From Octopus vulgaris (Eukaryota): a stretch of 64,000 bases of DNA. The stretch lies in NCBI GenBank assembly GCA_951406725.2, contig OX597820.1, positions 76,818,001-76,882,000 on the forward strand, read 5' to 3'. Made by a program: the position numbers and the translations under genes. Position 1 is the stretch's first letter. Each line of letters starts with the position of its first letter. Below the pieces are notes generated by a model. It made no database searches, was not told the DNA's origin, and saw only the letters and a list, made by a program, of their open reading frames with translations. Below are positions 52,440 through 64,000 of the stretch, in pieces.

Positions 52440-53252
52440 AACAAAAACGCAATAGAGGACAATAACACATTTCGATAGATAGATGATACAAAGTCGGACA
52501 GGAGAAACAACAATTAGAAGGACAGGCAAAAAAAGGCTTTTTTCCCCAGTCAAGTTACTAGAAGTCTTTACAGTTTCGGGCACTGATACTTAAGACAATC
52601 TGGTCACCCCCCACCCCCCAAAGTCTAAGCTAAGAGCATTAGACCCCTTTATAAGAAAGCAATAAATGTGTACGGCAACAAAGACAAAAGACAGAGAACA
52701 TGGTACACAATTACAAATACAAACAACAAGAAAATGACAACAGGTGTCTTTCGACTGAGAAAGAATCAAATTGGGCTGGCGTCTATGAAGTGAAATCATA
52801 AAGGCAAGAGCACAGGAGATGGACATAAGACGTGTTAGCAGTTGGCAGTCAGGCCAAGATAGAAAGATCATGGCTAGCCGGACACCGGTCACATGGAAGG
52901 AGGAGAGAGGGGTAGGGGGCAGGGAGCAGCGCGATTGAAGGATTAGAAAAAATCAAAGGGTAAGGTACAGGGGAGATAAATGAGGGAGAAAAAGTGGAAG
53001 TTAAAGTGAGAGCCAAGAAATGTGAGTGAGAGAGGGGGAGCGAGAAAAAGAAAAGAGAAAGTATGTATGAGGGGGACTAAGAGTCGTACAAAATTTAGAT
53101 ACATACCTACTATAAGGTGAGCACAAGGGTGTTCCTACGTCGCTATATATATATATATATATAAATATAAAATATTTAACAAAAACGCAATAAAGGACAA
53201 TAAAACATTCAGACAGACAGACGATACAAAGGCGGACAGGAGAAACAACAAA
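52440..53252 (-). repeat. Unclassified non-coding element with ~74-bp direct terminal repeats
   Basis: 52440-52513 resembles 53178-53252. The interior is related to 48080-48480 and 48700-48965. Confidence 0.6.
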
Positions 53253-53255
53253 TAC

Positions 53256-53396
53256 GGCGGCGAGCTGGCAGAAACGTTAGCACCCCGGGCAACTTTGCCT
53301 TTCATCATTTCGGGGTCGGTAAATTAAGTACCAGTTGCGTACTCGGGTCTATCTAATCTACTAAAATTTCGGGTCTTTTGCCTAGAGTAGAAAAGA
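53256..53396 (+). mobile_element. Nin-type SINE with internal deletion
   Basis: ggcggcgagctggcagaaacgttagcaccccgggc is fused to actttgcctttcatc.tttcggggtcggtaaattaagtaccag. Confidence 0.85.
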
Positions 53397-53899
53397 GTAT
53401 ATATATTATTCAAAACAGTTTAATTCGATGCCACGCAGCCTAAATCTCCATAGGCTCTTCAGAGGAACCTAGCTCCTTAAATAAAGTATAAAATTTGTTT
53501 TCCGCTGTATATGCTCATAAGTCTGGCTTCTCGGATTCTCTGAGTTGTAAATTCTCTACGTAGGTAGAACTCCTGTCAGTGGATTACTCTTTTTTGGTGG
53601 TTGTGGTGGTGGGCAGCTAGATGGACTAGAGCAGAATAAGCGTTTTGTTGAATATCGTAACCCATCTCTCAGTATAGGGAGCGAGACTACAATTTTATAA
53701 CGTAATATAATATATCATATAATGTAATGTAATATATACCTTGTCATACAAACATGAATGCTGTTTCAGCAGTGATTATGTTGTGTAAAAGACACGAACG
53801 AGGCCAATGTTTTCCCGACTTGCAGTAGTTCAGAAACCAGATTATTGGTTGTATGCCTGTTTTTCAAATTATCTTACATAAACTCATACTTATATTAAA

Positions 53900-55445
53900 T
53901 ATACAAATATTGTTTCTGCAAGTATAACAGAGATGGAATAAGAAACAGGTAGGTGTCTAGCAGAGCTGTCGCAAATTGTAACCAAATCTCCCACAAAGTT
54001 CTCAGAGGGGGATGGGAGTGAACCATTGAACAATGTAGATGTCTATGAGCAAAAATATAATATGGCTCTAGCTGGAATACCTTTGACTGCATATTGGTCC
54101 GATAATGTCAGACACACGGTTAAACGAACCAGTGACAGAGAGGTTTACAAGTTAACCACTAACCTCACTGAAATTGCACAACTTCAAGTAAAACAAATGA
54201 AAATACTACAAAGTATGTGTGTCTTTTTTTTGTTTTTGCAGTTTAGAAATAAAAGAATAACACGGACCGTATCGTAATCGTACACCTAAAACTAGGGAGT
54301 CATACCTGGTACTCATTTAAGTAAATGAAATACTTGATGAAATTTGACCGGGGGGAGGGGGCAAATAACAAAAACAATAACAAGAGTATCGGTAATAACA
54401 GCAGAAGCAACAACAGCTACAACAAGGAAAACAAAGAGAACAACATCTGAAAGTACCCAAAATTGTAGGATAAAAATATGTTTGTATTTCTGTTCCTCTC
54501 TACCTTAGACAATTAGATTTGTAGCTGAAAAGAGAATTCATTTCACATGAGATAGAAAGACGGAACCAGAATGATAGTGTCGTACTAATTATAACATAAT
54601 ATTCTGTTGCAGTAATTATTGATTTTTATCCCATTGAGATCGAGTCCTATTAGAATATTTAGTTAGAACGGCTCCGAAAGTAAAGTGCTGTATTGTTAGC
54701 GCTTCCACAATGGGTCAGTCCCCCTTGAATTCAGTAAGAATGGTATGAATAATTCGCCGGTAAAAACAATGCAAACGAGGGAAGGTTTGTTGCTTTGTGT
54801 CCGCAAATACCAATACGATCACTACAAACAAATTCTATGCCCTCAGGAAGAAGGGAATTCAAAATTCTATGGTTGCTAAAAGGCGTCAAATTTCTCCCAG
54901 TAGTAGTTTCTGTTCAAAGCTGTGGGAATTTGTGCTTGGGTAAAGGACCATGAGATCGACACTAGCTGAGTTTCAAGGATATCTGCAAAAGAGATTTAGC
55001 GTAACTGAACAACTTCGAAATTGTTGGAGCACATAACAATTAAACTGCTCATGCTTTTACTGGAACTAGGAAAGTGGAGACATCGAGCCATTGTATGGAA
55101 AGAAAAATGTACGGATTTCGAATTGTTCTACTGGAGAAACTCTTTTAAGTACCTATTGTATTATAAAACTGTTGTTGGTTACGGTGATAACTACAAACTA
55201 TTTTAACCAAGGCAGAGTAATGGGAATATGATGTGTCTTCACTTCGACGTCTTCTATGATGATACTGGAATATTGATAGAACGTTTCGAGTGAAAACATT
55301 TGACAAGAGTGCAAGTGTGTTGAAAATGATATCCAGCAATGACTTTATTTGAGATCGAACAAGTGGTACCTTGGTCTGGAGAATATGGCTAAGCCAATAG
55401 ATTTTGTGGAGACGCCATGATCCGTGACATCAACTGTAGTTAATA
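53900..55445 (+). mobile_element. AcademX-like relic (XPG-like nuclease part)
   Basis: RIHFT.DR, CPQEEGNSK (HEEADT), KLWEFVLG, HAFTGT (HAFTGCD), KHLTRVQ and EYG* (xGW) occur in the expected order. Confidence 0.5.
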
Positions 55446-55537
55446 TTTCATGATTGCAAGTAGTATATAATAATAAGGACAAAGTTCGTATGATGTATAT
55501 AAAATATGTTTGATGTGTGAGAAATCACATATACGTA

Positions 55538-55750
55538 CGAGCTAGCAGAAAGCGTAGCACGCCGGGCAGGATGTTTAGTCGCACTTCGTTCGTATGGTCT
55601 GTATGTTCTGAGTTCAAATTCTGCCGAGGTCAATTTTGTTTTTCATCTTTTTAGGGCCAATAAAATAAGTACGAGTTTGAGCACTGGGGTCAATGTGATA
55701 GCTTTACACTTCCTCGAATTGGCTGGTTTTGAGCAAAAGTTTGAAACCAA
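55538..55750 (+). mobile_element. Nin-type SINE
   Basis: cgagctagcagaaagcgtagcacgccgggc..gttctgagttcaaattctgccgaggtc..aaaataagtac.ag..cactggggtc. Confidence 0.8.
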
Positions 55751-55865
55751 TAAGACACCTTGTTAGTAAACTCATTAAATAATCACAGAAGATGCTTAGC
55801 AGCATTTATTATGTTGCTTTACATTCCACCGATGTTAACCTTGCCTTTCATTCCTTTCATATCAA

Positions 55866-56102
55866 CCAATACCTCTGTCGATGTACATTAATCTTATGGC
55901 ATATCGCGGTTCACCTATCGCCGTTTATTATTTAAGCTTATGTCGATTCCTCCGTAATATTGTTTTGAATTTGAAATAATATATATACATATGATATATA
56001 TATATATATATATACAGTGCAGTACAGTACTGTTTCTAATTCGCGGATTATCACCTATCGTGTGGGGTTTGGGAACGAAACGTGACAGTCGTGGGATTAC
56101 TG
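55866..56102 (+). mobile_element. pogo/Tigger-derived MITE, degraded
   Basis: atcgcggttcacctatcgc and ttcgcggattatcacctatcg..ggaacg..gggattactg resemble the 3' end of the element ending at 14061. Confidence 0.55.
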
Positions 56103-57624
56103 TTGTCGACTTGTTTCCTCTGCTTCCCTCAAAACAGCGGGCATTGATCCCTGCAGGGGACCGGCGCTTCTCTTAGAGGAATATTTACATCTCAATCACA
56201 TAAACGCCGGGGAAACCTGGAAACCAGCCTTCTGAGACCAGGGGGTTACGAGCAAAAATCGACTAAGGAAAATGACGGACATAGTTGGGTAAATATTTCC
56301 AACATTTTGTCACAACTTCCAACATTCGGTTCCCTTCCATAATAGGAAGCTAAAGCCATAACATTAGAAGTTATGAGTTTTAAAATCAATAACGTCTGTC
56401 CTTGTAAGATTTTTGAGATGCCGATTAAAATAATACTCATACGTGTGTATGTGCGTGATGCGCCTCTGCTTATATATGCGTATCCATGTGTGTACGTTTT
56501 ACTTACTTGCTTGAAGGACACAAGAGAACACACCTTTTTATGCACAGCTACACATACCATACATGCCTATGTCCACAGAAGCTTTTTCCCTATTTCACAC
56601 CTGCTTCTCTTTCTCGCTATCACACACACCACACACTCATAAACACACACATGCACACGCACACAAATATCCAAGGCCTTATCGCATAGCGGTATGGTTC
56701 AGAATTTCTCTTCAAAAACAAACGATCTTGAATTTAGGACTCCCTTCGGCAATTTCCTTTTCTCCTGACCCACTATCGAGCAATGTTTTGCGTCTGAAAT
56801 TGAAGAAGCCCTTCGTACACATAAACACACACATAGCTATGCATAAATACACACACACATGCAAACAGACGCGCTACTGTTTGTCTCTCACCGCTTGAGT
56901 ATCGATGTTGCTTTCTTTACATGTCCGGAAATTAGAGTTTCAACGAATAGAAAGCCATGGAATAAGATCCAGCGAGATGTCCGGGGAAGGGAGAGGAGGG
57001 TACACTAAATCCTTCGCAGCGGTTATATATAGTAGCTGTAGTCTAAGGACCAAAAGAAAGAAAGAATGAAAGAAAGAAAAAGAGAAAAAAGAAAAAAAGA
57101 AAGAAAGAAAGCAGTGATATGTATACTTCTAATAATGAGGAATGGCTTTTCACTTCATCTCGTGAAACAGAGTAAAAGCAGAGGATGTGCTCCTAAGTGA
57201 AACGCAAGTTTATTACGGTGTTAACTGCTTCTGGTAGACATTTTTTTTTTACATTAATCGTCGACGATTCAGATGATAGCTTAACTGAATAATTTGCCTC
57301 TAATCTAAAGCATAAGTGGTTGAATATTCAACAGGCAAACATGCTTATGCAAAATTACAATTATATATGCGAAGGGGAAAAAAACATAACGAAGGGAACG
57401 AACACGTCAACTCTAAACGTAAATTAACATCTGTTTTCAACAACATGACAGAAACGGTTAGCCCTAAAAGATATTTTATGAAATTTTTATCACTGTCTCT
57501 CTCTTTTTCTCTCTCACTCCTATCTATCTATTATCTATCTATGTATATATATATATGTGTGTATATATACATATACATCTGTGTGTGTATATGTATATAT
57601 ATAAACACACGCACGTACACACAT

Positions 57625-57655
<31 letters not shown>

Positions 57656-57755
57656 CATAACCCATATATATATATATATATGTATATATACACACATATA
57701 TATATATATAGACAGACAGACATACACCTAGATAGATTGAAGAGAGATAGATATA

Positions 57756-57920
57756 GACGCAGGAGTGGCTCTACAGTAAATAACTTGCTTACAAACCACA
57801 TGGTTCTAGGTTGATTCCCACTACGTGGAACCTTGCGCAAGTGTCTTCTGGTATAGCCTCGGGACGAACAAAGACTTGTGAGTGGATTTGGTAGACGAAA
57901 ACTGATATAAGCCTATCGTG

Positions 57921-57996
<76 letters not shown>

Positions 57997-58180
57997 TGTG
58001 CCTGCCCCCCCTCCGACCATCACTTGACAACTGATACTGGTGTGTTTACGACCCCGTAACTTACCGGTTTAGCAAAATAAGCCTGTAGAAGTGCTAAGTT
58101 TACAAAGAATACATTTTGGAATAGATTTGTTCTACTAAAGGCGGTGCTCGAGCGTGGCTGCAGTCAAGTGACTGAAAAGA
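57756..58180 (+). mobile_element. Family B SINE
   Basis: Colinear with 44117-44538, with a longer internal (TA)n(TG)n. Confidence 0.88.
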
Positions 58181-58652
58181 CATAAAACACTATCGATAGA
58201 TACATACATACATACAAACATACAGACAGAATCAGACGTATATGTATATACATATATATGAATAGATAGATACATCTATACTGACAGACAGGCGCGCATG
58301 TGTGTGTACTTGTATGTGTGGGAGGTATATCTGAGAGCGTTTTTTTTTTGTGTATAATTAAATATTCAGAGATGCCGAAATGTTTCAGTACATTAGTATC
58401 TTCCAAACTTACCTCTAGGGAAAAAATATATATGAATGTATTGAAGCACTTGTTCAACTAATTGTAAAGTATTTAATTATTAATAAACAAATTTAAACTC
58501 AGTATGGGTAAATAGAAGGCTGCTAATTTGCTCGTACTATAGACTCCTCGAAATCATCTTAACCAGTATAGACACACACATATATACATGCATAAATACA
58601 TATATTCATACATGCAAACATGCATATAAATATATATACACACACATACATG

Positions 58653-58757
<105 letters not shown>

Positions 58758-58789
58758 GTATATCTTCTTTTGGTGCATAAAAGCACTCA

Positions 58790-60300
58790 TGCTTATGACG
58801 CTAGTGGGAGATAATCTTCCGCCATTGCTACTGCGACTACTAGATCAATTATTTCTGCCTTCTTTGGCCTTGCCAGTGCTAGATTCCCGTACGTTAGAGG
58901 TAGCAGTGACTTCTCAACAAGCAATATACATAGAATCTCAGCCCTCTTCAGATACTGGTGTCGCCAGTTCCCACTGGCCTTTGCACCTCTTAAGGTGCTC
59001 GACTTCAAACCTGACAATTTTCTCTTCTAAAATTCTTGTAACATCTGCAGTGTGTTCTGTTTGTCCAATGCCGGACTTACGAAATTGCATTTACTACTTG
59101 GAGATTTCAAGAGATGGAGAGATTGCTTTCTTCTTTAAACATATGGCAATAATCATATAAGAAATTACAAGATTATTATTTATTCGTGCGTATGTAGAAA
59201 TTATCTGCAAGTTCTGCATTGGATGTTTCTAGTGCAATTGGATGCTGGACCACCACAGATCATAAGGGGTACAGTTTATTGTATTATGCTGCGAAGATCT
59301 AATGCCTTAACAGTATTAATCATACATCTAAGAGTATGCACAAGGTTTACTATTTATCTGTGTGTGCGCCCGCGTATTTGTATGAAGTTTGTAAGTGTGT
59401 GTGTGTCTGTATGCATGAGTTTGTATGTGTGTGCGTTTTTGCGTTTACGCGTTTATGTATGCATTATGTATGTCCTCTTTATGTATGCATATATGTATAT
59501 AGATATCTGTGCAGCTGTACGGTCTGCTTTATCTCATTTCATTCGTTCAAATTCCAATTAGCAGGCATCAGCATTCCGATTCTATAGAAGAAGTCACTCA
59601 TCAAATGCGCCACGCAGAGTGATCACCATTCAAGAACAATGTGGTTGGGAAGTGAGAGTGTGAACCCCATTGTAAAGACTGTTCCTCTCCTTACCTTATT
59701 GACATAAAAGTTGCGAAGGTAAATCCAAACAGCTATTGTTTGGCAGCGCGTAAATGCTATTAAATAATTAATTTCTCAATTTCCTAATTTCCAACTAATT
59801 GATTTCATGATAATTTCTTAATAACGCTAATTTCTGAAGGATGGTGAATTGGACGAATCATTACACTGTCATGATGTGTTCGAATATCATTTCGTCGCCT
59901 TTCATCCTTTCCCTAATCGATCAAGTTTCACACCATCATCTACCGCTGACGACAACAGAGAATACTTCCCCCTCGAAATATTTTGATTTTAAAAAAATGT
60001 AGAGATTAAGGATATCTAGATAAGTACAGGATAATTAATAGGTATATATCTGCGGAAGGATGCAACGTGTGACTGAAGATAGATAAATATAGTCTACGGA
60101 TCCAGTTGGCTCAGCAAGGTATTAGAAACGTTATGTAGCTTGCAACAAAATCATGAACCTACAGAAATCATAAAACAACCCCTATTCACAAATTTCGTTA
60201 AAGCAGACGAATACATGACGTCGGTTGGCTTGGTAGCAATAAAAAATAGGAACCCTTCTATATTTATTAATTTACAATAATAAATGTAGCAAATATTGGA
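58790..60300 (-). mobile_element. AcademX-like relic (C-terminal nuclease and Cys-rich part), interrupted by repeats
   Basis: ATKPTDVM (DTDV), SVTRC (TGCD), HLRAAKQ..AVW, QWG and MICGG..CTRNIQCRTC occur in order on the minus strand. Confidence 0.4.
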
Positions 60301-60574
60301 GAGAGAGAGAGAGAGAAAGAAAGAGTCAGAGAGAGTAAGACTATCAGAAAAAGATAGTTCGTGACTGTATTACAGGGGGAAACAGAAAATCAAACAGAAT
60401 TTTATTGAACGCATGTGCACAAGTTCACACCTGTGTGTCCAGATATGCTGTTTATTATTCAGCAAGCATATGTGAGACCTCATATGCAACCAAATTTCTT
60501 CGAATAAAATGATATTTTATTAGATATTGAATATTTGAAATAAGTAGATGAAAACATTTGGCGGGAGCGTTTAT

Positions 60575-60800
60575 AATCACTGAACAGTTTAAACCGAACA
60601 TATCTGGTCAAAATATTCAATTTGTTTCCTACTCAAACTGGTCAGATCCAGCCTTTCATACCTACACTACAATATCCTTTAAAAAATTAAAAGTTATCTC
60701 ATTAAAACCTCAAATCTACCAGATATACATGATTAATACAAAATAATATGAATACTTAAGCATTACGTTTGGCACAGTAATCTGAATTCTAAAGGGTTAA
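60575..60800 (-). mobile_element. piggyBac-type MITE
   Basis: Ends in ...ctaaagggTTAA (CCC TIR plus TTAA target). The other end is degraded. Confidence 0.6.
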
Positions 60801-60964
60801 ACCGACCTTAATAAATTTCTGATAATTTATTCTGTCCGCTTTCGAAAAGCTGAGATTTAAACTAATCGTCAAGCGTGGGATGAAAGCGCGGTTCACTAAA
60901 ACCACAGTATAATTAATTACGGTAATTTCCAATGTTTTCACAAATCTGTTAATCCATAATTGTT

Positions 60965-61400
60965 TGTAACATAGGCAGATGAACAGAAATTTGAAGGTCG
61001 AGCACGAAATATTTGTCTCATATTATATTTGCCTATCGACCCTAGGTAACGAAAGATAAATTAACATCAACGGGATTCCAACGCAGAATATTAAGAACTT
61101 GAACAAACGTTGCACGACATTTTTTTTTTCCGATTTGCTAACGATCCCGTTGATTCAACAACTTCGCCGATTCACCAATAATCTTTCGACTATAGAGACA
61201 AGGCCTGGAATTTTAGGGGTGGAGGTTGGTGGGTGTTGCTAGTTGATTTCATGGACCTCAGTACACAACTGGTCCTAATTCCATGAAACTCGAATGGGGA
61301 GGAAAAGTAAAGCCAACATCGGCGGAATTTGAACTCAGAACGTGAAGACCTACAAAATGCCACTTTTGTCCAGCATACTAACGAGTCTTCCAGCTCGCCC
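60965..61400 (-). mobile_element. Two tandem degraded Nin-type SINEs
   Basis: tatcgaccc..gctaacgat and caaggcctggaatttt..tcggcggaatttgaactcagaacgt..ccagctcgcc. Confidence 0.75.
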
Positions 61401-62344
61401 CGTTCGATTTACCAATAATAATGCGCGATATTTGTTAAATAACCGAAGTAATGTTTAATAAAATATAATATTTTATGAGCGAAGTATACATTAAACGATG
61501 GGTGTAAATATAGAAGGAATGTTGTTAAATAGAGGAATATTGCCTCAGATGTTTAGCTCAGAGTCCACCGTGCTCAGCCCTTAACAATGTGCTTTCTAAA
61601 ATCTATATAGATACTAGGTGAATTAGCAGAGATTTTAGGACGTTCTGTACTCTATGTTTCCTTTCGGCAAACACTATTTCAACTTTTCCGGGGCGATGTC
61701 ACTTAATGAATTATTACTCAACGAATTCTTTCCCATTAAATGTCAGGTGATAACCTCCTCACTCATTGAGAAAAGTTGTTAAGGGAATCACGACAGACTG
61801 TTGCCCAAGACCCGTGGATCCATGCACTCAAATAGACATGTCGTCATGTCACCAGAGCTGTACCATGGATCCAGGGAGATTGGAAAGCACTGTGGTGATC
61901 GAACTCAGGACTTCTACTCTACATAAATAGAAATGCGAACAGAGTCGATGGTTTTAGAAAAGTTAGATGCATTTTTGATAAACGAGGAAATAACGACGAT
62001 TCACAGCTAGAATTAAGTCTTTCAAAGCATTCTTTTATATTTTAGAAGATATGATTTCATTAGAATGTAATTTGATTGCCATTTCTAAGTGTCTTTCGTT
62101 TACTTGCCAAGTAATGAATAGCATCAATGGGTACAGAGGTGTGGGGATTGCAAGTACGCTTATTAAGGTTCTATTTATATCTTTATCTTACTCTATTTCT
62201 CTCTCTCTTTCTCTCTCTTTCTCTCTCTCTCTTTCTCTCCCTTTCTCTCTCTCTCTCTCTCTCTCTCTTCCGCATTTGTTAAAACACGTTCCCCCACGAG
62301 TTGTTTTCTTTTCATGTTCCTTAACATATGCTCATGTGCGTAGT

Positions 62345-62583
62345 TGTGTACATACATACCTACATACCTACATACATACATACATACATACATACATACA
62401 CACATACATACATACATACATACATACACACATACATACATACAAACATACATACATTCATACATACATACACACACACACACATACATACATACATACA
62501 CACACATACATACATACATACATACATACATACACACATACATACATACATACATACATACATACATACATACATACATACAT
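62345..62583 (+). repeat. (CATA)n compound microsatellite, preceded by (CT)n at ~62195-62270
   Basis: Seen directly. This is one of dozens of TA, TG, CATA, GATA and GA tracts, which are not all listed. Confidence 0.95.
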
Positions 62584-62989
62584 GTGTGTTTGAGGAAGTA
62601 TGCTTGTGTTTATGTAAAAATATACTCAGTGCGTAGTTCACAGTGTGACCCTACTCCGTCGTATTTTAAACAGGACTCTTCTACTGCAGGTTTCATTAAC
62701 TTCTATACATTGTATTTTAAATTAAGTGAAAAACTGCGAGGAATTTCGATGTACATGCTCTTTGTATATCCAAACTTGTCACGCTATCTATCACTATCAG
62801 ACGACCCGATCCAAATATTACGTTGAGTGGAAGTAGACTGGAATATTACGTTTTAAAATACAATCAGGGAACTGTTACGCTCATCAGACACCAGCAATTT
62901 CCATTATTTCAAACCCAGCTTGTGATGCTTTCATATCTATATTTCTCCTCACGTTATCCCCCATTAACACCTGGGTGACACTGTCTCGT

Positions 62990-63212
62990 GTCTTAAGACA
63001 CTTTGGGTCGTTTACTCAGTTCCATACTTGGCCACGATAGTAATATCCCACCTTGAATGGGGACATCAGTCTGTCACAGGTTTAATCATTTGCAGCTGAC
63101 TGGACCGGAGTAACGTGAAATGAAGGGTTTTATTTATGAATGAAATAAACCGTTCGGGGATCGAAACCAGGACTTTGCGAGCAACATCCTAAACACTTGA
63201 CTACGCGTTTCA
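62990..63212 (-). mobile_element. Family A-related SINE, degraded, third tail type
   Basis: catttgcagctga.tggaccggagtaacgtgaaatgaag..ggggatcgaaacc..cctaa.cact. Confidence 0.6.
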
Positions 63213-63551
63213 TGTATTTATGCGTCTTGTCTAATATAAATATATAAAATAAAGCATGCAAATATTTGTGTATGTGAAGACTAAAAGTGACATCATAAAA
63301 CAAATTATAACAATGTATTTAAGCAAAATAGGTGTTGATTAGTTGTGGTTGTTGGAGTTACCCAGGTTTTATGATTTTTGGCGCATGGATAATAGGATGA
63401 GAAAAAGTGTATCGCAGCTGGGGCCAAAATAACCTGTAAAATCTTTAATAGCCTCAATGCTATTCGGTGATTTCGAGGAAGATATTCCGTCGGAAGATGA
63501 AGGTCGATAAATATCCAGAAGCAAAGTAACACGTAAAATATAAATATTGTT

Positions 63552-63719
63552 GGCGTGGATGTGTGGTAAGAAGCTTGCTCCGGCTTCAGTCCCACTGCGT
63601 GGCACCTTGAGCAAATGTGTCTTCTACTGTAGTCTCGAGTCGATGAAAGCGCTGAGTGGATTTGTTAGACGGAAACTGAAAGAAGCCTATCGTGTATATA
63701 TATATATATATATATATAC

Positions 63720-63773
<54 letters not shown>

Positions 63774-63990
63774 GTGTGTGCCTGTTCTAGTCCCTCCACC
63801 AACGCTTGACAACTGATCTTGGTGTGTTTACGTTCCCGTAACTTAGCGGTTCGGCGAAAGCCAACTCTCGAATAAGTATCAGGCTTACAAAGATTAAGTC
63901 TAGGGTTCGATTTTTTCGACTAAAACGTGGTTGCCCCAGCATGGCCACAGTAAAAAATGACTGAAACAAGTAAAAGTGTAAAAGTGTAAT
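63552..63990 (+). mobile_element. Family B SINE
   Basis: gtgtggtaagaagcttgct..ttcagtcccactgcgtggcaccttgagcaa..(TA)n(TG)n..cttagcggttcggc..ccagcatggccacagt. Confidence 0.88.
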
Positions 63991-64000
63991 AGCACCGTGT

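Overview
AT-rich, microsatellite-dense eukaryotic DNA with no host protein-coding gene that I can support. The tRNA-derived SINE families and the microsatellite load point to an octopus (coleoid cephalopod) intergenic or intronic region; this is inference, not a database result. The window is a layered transposon graveyard. It holds Dong/R4-type LINE fragments with a restriction-like endonuclease (REL) in (AAT)n tracts, a second REL-LINE family next to (CATA)n tracts, RTE and CR1/L2 3' ends, several mariners, a pogo/Tigger, a piggyBac-type MITE, four very degraded AcademX-like relics and about 25 SINE copies from four families. The most interesting signal is a recurring set of short Penelope-like (PLE) derived fold-back or tandem elements sitting in (TA)n tracts. 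Several carry degenerate minimal type I hammerhead ribozyme motifs (GAAAC-NNNN-GTH), best preserved at 45427-45510 (+) and 41454-41531 (-). Also notable are a 133-bp inverted duplication with 2 mismatches, a ~320-bp palindrome, a micro-inversion inside a mariner and a minisatellite with a 136-bp higher-order repeat. Almost all ORFs in the supplied track are microsatellite artefacts or TE fragments. Boundaries of degraded elements are approximate and were read by eye.
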